Below, one piece after another: positions 34,850 through 40,000 of a stretch of 40,000 nt of DNA; within the stretch, counting starts at the first letter, position 1; each line of letters starts with the position of its first letter. The DNA is from Acidisphaera rubrifaciens HS-AP3 (GTDB lineage Bacteria > Pseudomonadota > Alphaproteobacteria > Acetobacterales > Acetobacteraceae). A program made the translations under genes and the position numbers. A model generated the notes under the pieces. It was not told the DNA's origin. It ran no database searches and worked only from the letters and a program-made list of their open reading frames with translations. The stretch spans positions 1 to 40,000 of the forward strand of contig NZ_BANB01000009.1 of the NCBI RefSeq assembly GCF_000964365.1, in the 5' to 3' direction.

Positions 34850-35367
34850 TGAAGGCTCCCACTCCAGCGCTCCTGAAGGGCGAGTCGGCGTGACGCGGCG
34901 GCCTGTCTATCAACTCGAAGAAGGACGTGCTCGTCGCTCGCGGTTAGGCCACTCAGTGTTAGGTTCATGGAGCCACCGAAGATATAATCCTCGCCGACGA
35001 CCGCTTTCTCGTGAGCGGCAGGGGCGATGGCGAGGCCCAGACGCCCATCCGTCTCCAATTGGAGATCCCGGAGGGAGCGGATGAAGAGGGCGTTGTGATC
35101 GACCTCACGGACGACGACACAGAGGCGGCCGCTTCGATTTGCCAGGGCTTTGATGACCTCGGTCAGGCGAATGGAGGCTGCCGGCCAGTCCGGGCGCACG
35201 GCGCTGAAGGCGCGGGCGGTGTTGTCAATAACCTCAACGTTGGAGATCCAAGCCGACAGAATCCAGAGCTCTGGACTGGGTCGCAGCAGTTCCGACAGTA
35301 ACAGTGTTTGCAGGGTGTCGCGGATCGCCCGACTCTGCCACGGACCGCTGTAATCACGGCTCAGCAT
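34840..35367 (-). CDS. Single-HKD phospholipase-D-family nuclease (DpdK-like)
   Basis: AAHEKAVVGEDYIFGGSMNLT is an HxK...GSxN PLD motif. The ATG at 35367 overlaps the helicase stop (TGATG). Length is 175 aa. Confidence 0.75.
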   Translation of the reverse strand: MLSRDYSGPWQSRAIRDTLQTLLLSELLRPSPELWILSAWISNVEVIDNTARAFSAVRPDWPAASIRLTEVIKALANRSGRLCVVVREVDHNALFIRSLRDLQLETDGRLGLAIAPAAHEKAVVGEDYIFGGSMNLTLSGLTASDEHVLLRVDRQAAASRRLALQERWSGSLQWG

Positions 35368-38300
35368 CAGACCTGTTCCCGCAGAATGAGACTGGCCCAA
35401 ACCCGTGCATCGTCCTTTGCGATGCGCTCAACAACGGCATAGAGGCTAAGCGCACCGACATGAATCGGGGTCGCCTGAAGGCGAACCAGCGCCTCGCCCA
35501 GTCGCCGCTGCTCAGGGATGGGCGCAGATAGGGTAGCGGCGCCGTCGATTGCGAGGAGTTCGGTCAGCCGATTCCACCAATTATCCTCATCGAGCGGAAC
35601 CGCTGCGCGTGCGCCCTCAAAGAGAAGGCTGCGAACCAGGGCTGGTTCACAGGGCAGGGGAGCCCGATAAGGGTTCCAACTGGTCAGGCTTTGGCGGTGG
35701 AGCGACGCGGCGCGCGGCCACAGCAGGCTCGCGAAGACCGCCGCCCGGGTCGCGGCATCTGTTGCATCCGTGAAGATCCCAGCCTGTAGGCCAAGTTCGT
35801 TGGCATCAATGTCGCCGACTGCGAGCACGGCAATCTCTCGGAGGTCGAACTCAAGGCCAAGGCCAACCTCCACATTTGTCCAGAACGACAGGAGCCGGCG
35901 GACGACAGCGTCATGCGCCACCCCGAGACCCGGCGCGAGCATCCGGGCGCTGAGGGAGACGACGAAGGCGCGGCTTGTCTCGACGCCGCAGCCCTCCAAT
36001 TGCGACAGCAAACGCGCTCGTGCTGCGGCGCGCGGCCGGTGGTCAACCTCGGCGCGCACGCCGGCGACGGCGGCGGCCACGTCCGGATTTTCCGCTGCCA
36101 GACGGTAGGTTCGGGTCAGTGCGCTGGCCGCGACATCGAGATCGGAGGGCTCGAGAGCCGCTTCGATGCCGCGGAAGATAAGCCGCGGTTCGGCGGCGAA
36201 GCGGTCGGTGAGAGCCTGGAGCACACCAGCGCCGCCGACCGTGGATTCTGTCAGCCAAATGGTTGAGTGACCCGGCTGATGTTCGTCGTTGGCGATGTCG
36301 ACGAGCAAGGCCTCGGCCGAGGCCTGTCGCGGTGTTGCAGCCACGGCTGCCGCCATTAGACCTTCGGCGAGCGTGCCCTGAAGGGCGCGCCGCATGTAGT
36401 CGCCGAGGCGGGGGCTCGTGTCGTCAAGCGCCTCCAGCAGGGCGGCGTGCAATCGAGCCCGGACGTTGTCCTTCGCCAGTTCGTCGCGCAGGCCAGCCTT
36501 TAGCCGTTCCAACCGATCACGGCGTGGACGCCCGCGGCCAGTCGGTCCGTGGGCGCCGCCACCGCTACCGCCGGCGTCATCTTCGTCCGATCCCGCGTTC
36601 GTGTGGGCGTCGCGTCGCTGAACGCCGAGGACGGCGTCTAGAGTGGCGGCATAGTCCGCAAACATGCCCGCCGCGGATACCGCATCGGCGGCCGCGACTA
36701 GGGGTTCATTCCGTTCGAGCGCGCGCCGAGCGCAGACCAGCAGGTGGATTTGACGTAGCCATGCTCGTGAGAAGACGTTCTGATCGCGGTCCAGCAGAGG
36801 GTCTTCGTTCACCAGACGCTTGTGCAGCGCTGCCCGAAGTCCGCGGCGGATGGTATCCTCGATAGGCGCAGCTTGCAGGTTATCGGGCGGAGGCAAGGTG
36901 AGGTGTAGCGCCAGGCCATCGGTCTCGAACTCGAAGCCCACGGCAGCCGTGGTGTCGTCCGCGTCACGGAAGTGAATGTCGACCACTTGCTGGACGCCAG
37001 CGGGACGGCGCAGGTCAGCGCGCGCGCCAGTGGCGAACCGTGTCACCTCCACGCTGGCCCGGAAGCGGTGCAGTTGGATATCCGCCCCCCGTACGAAGGT
37101 GCGCCAGGCGGTGCGCGCGGGCGTTGCGATTTCTACCGGCGCACCGCGCGCCGCAAAGGCGCTGGCCCACGTGAGCTGCGAATTGGAGGTGACTCCGATG
37201 ACTTCGGGGCGGGCGCGGTCAAGGTGGATCCGCCAAGGGCGATGGACGTTGGCTTCAATGAATCCAGCCCCTCCCTCGCCACGCCGCACTCCCAGAGGCT
37301 GAGACGCCTCGGCGTAGGAGGCGATAGGGAGGTTCCAGTCCGTCACCCCCGCCGGGACTGCCGACCAATGCGATAGCCCGCCGTAGTCGTCGCCAAAACG
37401 TCGGGTGACGCGGCCGGGCGCGAGTTGCGCAAGTCCTTGTTGGAGCGGCATGGACTCCAGGGTATCTGGCTCGCCGTTCCGGCTCGGCGGTAGGACGATA
37501 TCGAGTTCGGGCAGATTCAGATCGGAGAAGAGGGCTCTGGGCGCAAAGTCGGGAAGAGGGTGGTCGGGCGTGAAGCGATCGCGCTCATGACCTTGTGTCG
37601 GCCAGGCCAAGTTCCAGTTTCGGAACAGCCGGCGCAATAGCGTCGGCGCCACTTCCAAGAGGATCGACCGTGGCGCCTCCCACAGAAGGCGGTCGACGGT
37701 CAGCTCCTCTACGCGAAGGGCGTTGAGAAGGTGCTGGCGCAGCGCGCGGCGTTCCGGGCCATCCTCGCGAAGGATCTCGCCAAGCAAGCGCACAATGTGA
37801 TCGCGCAACGCCTGATCGTCCCAGGTGGGTGACTTCGGCGCGGCGACCGTTCGCCAGACGCTGCCGGCCGGTGCCTGCCGCGGTTGATCAGCAAGCCAGT
37901 CTAGCAGCGAAAACACCGCCTGCATGCGAAGGACATATTCGTTGCGGACCGGTAGCGCCTGTGCCGCCAAAGTGGGATCGAAGAGGTGTTCAACGGCTTG
38001 GAAGAGCGACCGATCTCGCCCTTGGTCGGATAAGACAGTGACCGTAAGTGGACGCATCATGCGGTCCCGGCCTGCGCGGCCACGGCGCTGGAGGAAGGCG
38101 GCGTAGTCGCGCGGAGCTTTGTGCTGCAGGACAGCGCCCACGGTGCGGTCGTTGAAGCCAACCTCCAGGGCGGCTGTGGCCACGATGATGTCAGCGGCGA
38201 CGTCGACCCCTGGATCGCGTGAGGTGGTGCGGCCGACACGCAGGCGATCGGCTAGATTTCGGCCCAAGGTCTCCGGTAGACGCCAGCGCTGACCATCAGC

Positions 38301-39917
38301 GTCGCGAAGCCGACGTTCCGCATCGGTTTCGGCCTGACCCGGCAAAATCTGGGCGCGCAGGACCGCTAGGGGCTGACGGCCGGGATCGGGGCGACCGAAG
38401 CGGTCGTAGGCCTCCGCATCCCGAAAGTCGTGGAAGAGGCGGTGGGTGACGTCGAGATCATCGGTGAAGGCAAAGATCCGACGGCCATAGCGTCCTTGGG
38501 ACGGCGCAACTGAAGGATCCATGATCCTGCCCAGCAGCATGGCAGTCTGGATCGACGCTGACAGAACCGTGGTGCGCGCGGCCGGATCGCTACGCAGCAC
38601 CACCTGATATTCCCGACCTTCCTCTTCTAACTCGTCCTCAAGCGGGACGACCTCCGTAACAGAGGCGACATCGACGCCGGTCAACTCAGCGAAGAAGCGC
38701 GCCGCGTCGCTCAGGGTCGCGGAGAGGCCAGCCCACGTGACCGGACCGCCGACGAGGTGGCGCCAACGGCGTAGGGTCAGCGCCGCCTGGGCGCCGGATA
38801 CGCCCGTGTAGGTGTGAGCCTCATCGAGCAGCAAGAACTCCGGTCGTCGACCCGGCGGCGCGCGGACGCCGAATACCACTCGCGATGTTTGGTCGGAGAG
38901 CGAGCGGTTCAGCATCTCTGTAGTAGTAAAAAGAAAATCAGGCGGTTCACGGCGCTGTCGGTTGCGCGTGAGGACGAGGATCTCGGGGTTCGTCTCGTAT
39001 CCGCAGTTGCGAAGGCAGACTAGGCGTTCCCGACCCGCCGCCAGGTCCTCGCGCGCCCAAATCATGTCCCCGCCGCACTCACATCGCAGGAAAGGGCAGA
39101 TGAAACCTGCGCCGTTACGGGTGGCCTTCCACTTTCCACCGACGCTCTGCTCCGACGCTGCTTGGGGAGTATCGCCGAAATAAGGTCCTATGCGCATCGG
39201 CCGCCGACCGGCTGCCCGAAGGGCGGGCGAGACCGCTGAGGCGTTGCGCAGCGCTTCAGACAACTGGTCCTTTAGCAACTCGTTGCGTGGATAGATGGCG
39301 ATCGCTTTGGTCCAGAAATCCCCAGGCTGGACGGACTCTGCCAGGCGAAGAAAGACCGGGAGGTAGAAGGCCAGGGTTTTCCCAGATCCCGTGCCGGCGC
39401 CGACAATGACACCAGCGTCGCGGTCGTTGGAGACCAGCAGTCTCTGAGCCGCACGCTTCTGGAACTGGGCGAGTCGAGTCGGCGATAGCGCGCGCCAAAT
39501 ATGTCGCTGCAAATCGGAGAGCGGGCCTAGTTCTTGCATAACGTCCGCCGCGTCAAGTTCACGCGCGGGATAACGACGCTTGCGAAGGTCGATCCGAAAG
39601 TCGGCCACCAAAGGTGGAGCGCCCTGCCAGGCCTCACCCGGAAAAGTCTGTCGAAGGCGTGCGAGCAAGCGGATCGTTTCGGCGAACCGCGAGCGATATC
39701 GTTCGCCGCCTCCGGGAGGATTGAACGCCTGAACCAGGCCCGCCTCCAGCAGCGCTTCGACCGCGTCCTCGGTGTCGGCGGCGAAGTGCGTCGTCGCGAG
39801 ATCTAGAATCGTGTCGCGGGAAAGCGAGGCTGCGGCGTCGCCCCATCTTAGCGACAGGAGTTCCAGATCCTCGATGCTGTTCAGCAATTCGTCGTGGCGT
39901 CGATCCAGGACGGTCAT
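35367..39917 (-). CDS. Giant SF2 DEAD/DEAH-box helicase (about 1516 aa; DpdJ/DruE/Lhr-like)
   Basis: Motif I is GAGTGSGKTLAFYLP (encoded at 39375-39401), Ia AIYPRNELLKDQ, II LLLDEAHTY, III LSATLS and VI FLQRRGRAGR. There is a Cys-rich insertion, CPFLRCECGGDM...CLRNCGYE. The ATG at 39917 forms an ATGA overlap with the stop of an upstream gene. The listed GTG start at 39968 is less likely. Confidence 0.85.
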   Translation of the reverse strand: MTVLDRRHDELLNSIEDLELLSLRWGDAAASLSRDTILDLATTHFAADTEDAVEALLEAGLVQAFNPPGGGERYRSRFAETIRLLARLRQTFPGEAWQGAPPLVADFRIDLRKRRYPARELDAADVMQELGPLSDLQRHIWRALSPTRLAQFQKRAAQRLLVSNDRDAGVIVGAGTGSGKTLAFYLPVFLRLAESVQPGDFWTKAIAIYPRNELLKDQLSEALRNASAVSPALRAAGRRPMRIGPYFGDTPQAASEQSVGGKWKATRNGAGFICPFLRCECGGDMIWAREDLAAGRERLVCLRNCGYETNPEILVLTRNRQRREPPDFLFTTTEMLNRSLSDQTSRVVFGVRAPPGRRPEFLLLDEAHTYTGVSGAQAALTLRRWRHLVGGPVTWAGLSATLSDAARFFAELTGVDVASVTEVVPLEDELEEEGREYQVVLRSDPAARTTVLSASIQTAMLLGRIMDPSVAPSQGRYGRRIFAFTDDLDVTHRLFHDFRDAEAYDRFGRPDPGRQPLAVLRAQILPGQAETDAERRLRDADGQRWRLPETLGRNLADRLRVGRTTSRDPGVDVAADIIVATAALEVGFNDRTVGAVLQHKAPRDYAAFLQRRGRAGRDRMMRPLTVTVLSDQGRDRSLFQAVEHLFDPTLAAQALPVRNEYVLRMQAVFSLLDWLADQPRQAPAGSVWRTVAAPKSPTWDDQALRDHIVRLLGEILREDGPERRALRQHLLNALRVEELTVDRLLWEAPRSILLEVAPTLLRRLFRNWNLAWPTQGHERDRFTPDHPLPDFAPRALFSDLNLPELDIVLPPSRNGEPDTLESMPLQQGLAQLAPGRVTRRFGDDYGGLSHWSAVPAGVTDWNLPIASYAEASQPLGVRRGEGGAGFIEANVHRPWRIHLDRARPEVIGVTSNSQLTWASAFAARGAPVEIATPARTAWRTFVRGADIQLHRFRASVEVTRFATGARADLRRPAGVQQVVDIHFRDADDTTAAVGFEFETDGLALHLTLPPPDNLQAAPIEDTIRRGLRAALHKRLVNEDPLLDRDQNVFSRAWLRQIHLLVCARRALERNEPLVAAADAVSAAGMFADYAATLDAVLGVQRRDAHTNAGSDEDDAGGSGGGAHGPTGRGRPRRDRLERLKAGLRDELAKDNVRARLHAALLEALDDTSPRLGDYMRRALQGTLAEGLMAAAVAATPRQASAEALLVDIANDEHQPGHSTIWLTESTVGGAGVLQALTDRFAAEPRLIFRGIEAALEPSDLDVAASALTRTYRLAAENPDVAAAVAGVRAEVDHRPRAAARARLLSQLEGCGVETSRAFVVSLSARMLAPGLGVAHDAVVRRLLSFWTNVEVGLGLEFDLREIAVLAVGDIDANELGLQAGIFTDATDAATRAAVFASLLWPRAASLHRQSLTSWNPYRAPLPCEPALVRSLLFEGARAAVPLDEDNWWNRLTELLAIDGAATLSAPIPEQRRLGEALVRLQATPIHVGALSLYAVVERIAKDDARVWASLILREQV

Positions 39918-40000
39918 CGGCGCGCCCGGACAGTGAACGAGGCCATGAGGTTCTGGGCTGTCAGCCACGTTTTCACCTCGTCGGTCAGGCTGTCGAGCGC
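39914..40000 (-). CDS. 3' end of a further upstream minus-strand gene (only 28 codons visible)
   Basis: My translation of the minus strand is ...ALDSLTDEVKTWLTAQNLMASFTVRARR-stop. The stop TGA at 39914-39916 overlaps the helicase ATG. Confidence 0.5.
   Translation of the reverse strand, partial: ALDSLTDEVKTWLTAQNLMASFTVRARR

Noticed and set aside
34840-39917. Helicase + PLD pair read as a DISARM (drmA/drmC) core.
   Set aside because: No DUF1998-type four-Cys module and no adjacent methyltransferase are visible in the window. The pair is physically coupled to a dpdA/queCDE operon, so a Dpd-type assignment fits better. Genes beyond 40000 could still change this.

Overview
High-GC, alphaproteobacterial-looking window in two parts.

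(A) Bases 1 to about 25.8 kb are the backbone of a conjugative element of the Tn4371/ICEMlSym-like type. It lies almost entirely on the minus strand, and many stop/start codons overlap. The gene order is trbL-trbK(alt)-trbJ-trbE-trbD-trbC-trbB, a CopG-like RHH, traG, a DUF3363 relaxase, an SLT transglycosylase, a TraF-type S26 peptidase, DUF2840, an RHH, parA, repA, an excisionase-like HTH, a split DUF6499/DUF2285 (FseA-like) gene, a QseM/QseC-like divergent pair, DUF736, a small membrane protein, DUF2493, toprim, a ParB-like protein and DUF932. No integrase, att site or tRNA is in the window, so ICE versus plasmid is unresolved. Two small, visibly more A/T-rich plus-strand islets interrupt the transfer genes: an Mrr-cat-like nuclease at 6.2-6.8 kb and an HExxH protein at 9.5-10.4 kb.

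(B) Bases 26.3 to 40 kb are cargo and the main candidate system, a Dpd-like 7-deazaguanine DNA modification/restriction island with a non-textbook layout. A translationally coupled plus-strand operon encodes a YaaA/DUF6884-like protein, a DGQQR protein, a DpdA-like DNA transglycosylase, a second DGQQR paralogue, then queE, queD and queC. It converges on a minus-strand operon encoding a roughly 1516-aa DEAH helicase, a single-HKD PLD nuclease and a 683-aa protein with a DUF2325-like tail. That operon continues beyond base 40000.

Several cis elements are visible directly:
- iterons plus DnaA boxes in the repA tail;
- a 14-bp palindrome containing TATAAT;
- paralogous structured leaders;
- recurring 10-11-mers upstream of transfer operons;
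- a U7 slippery tract splitting a membrane-protein gene.

All functional calls are from motif and family recognition by eye. No database search was run.
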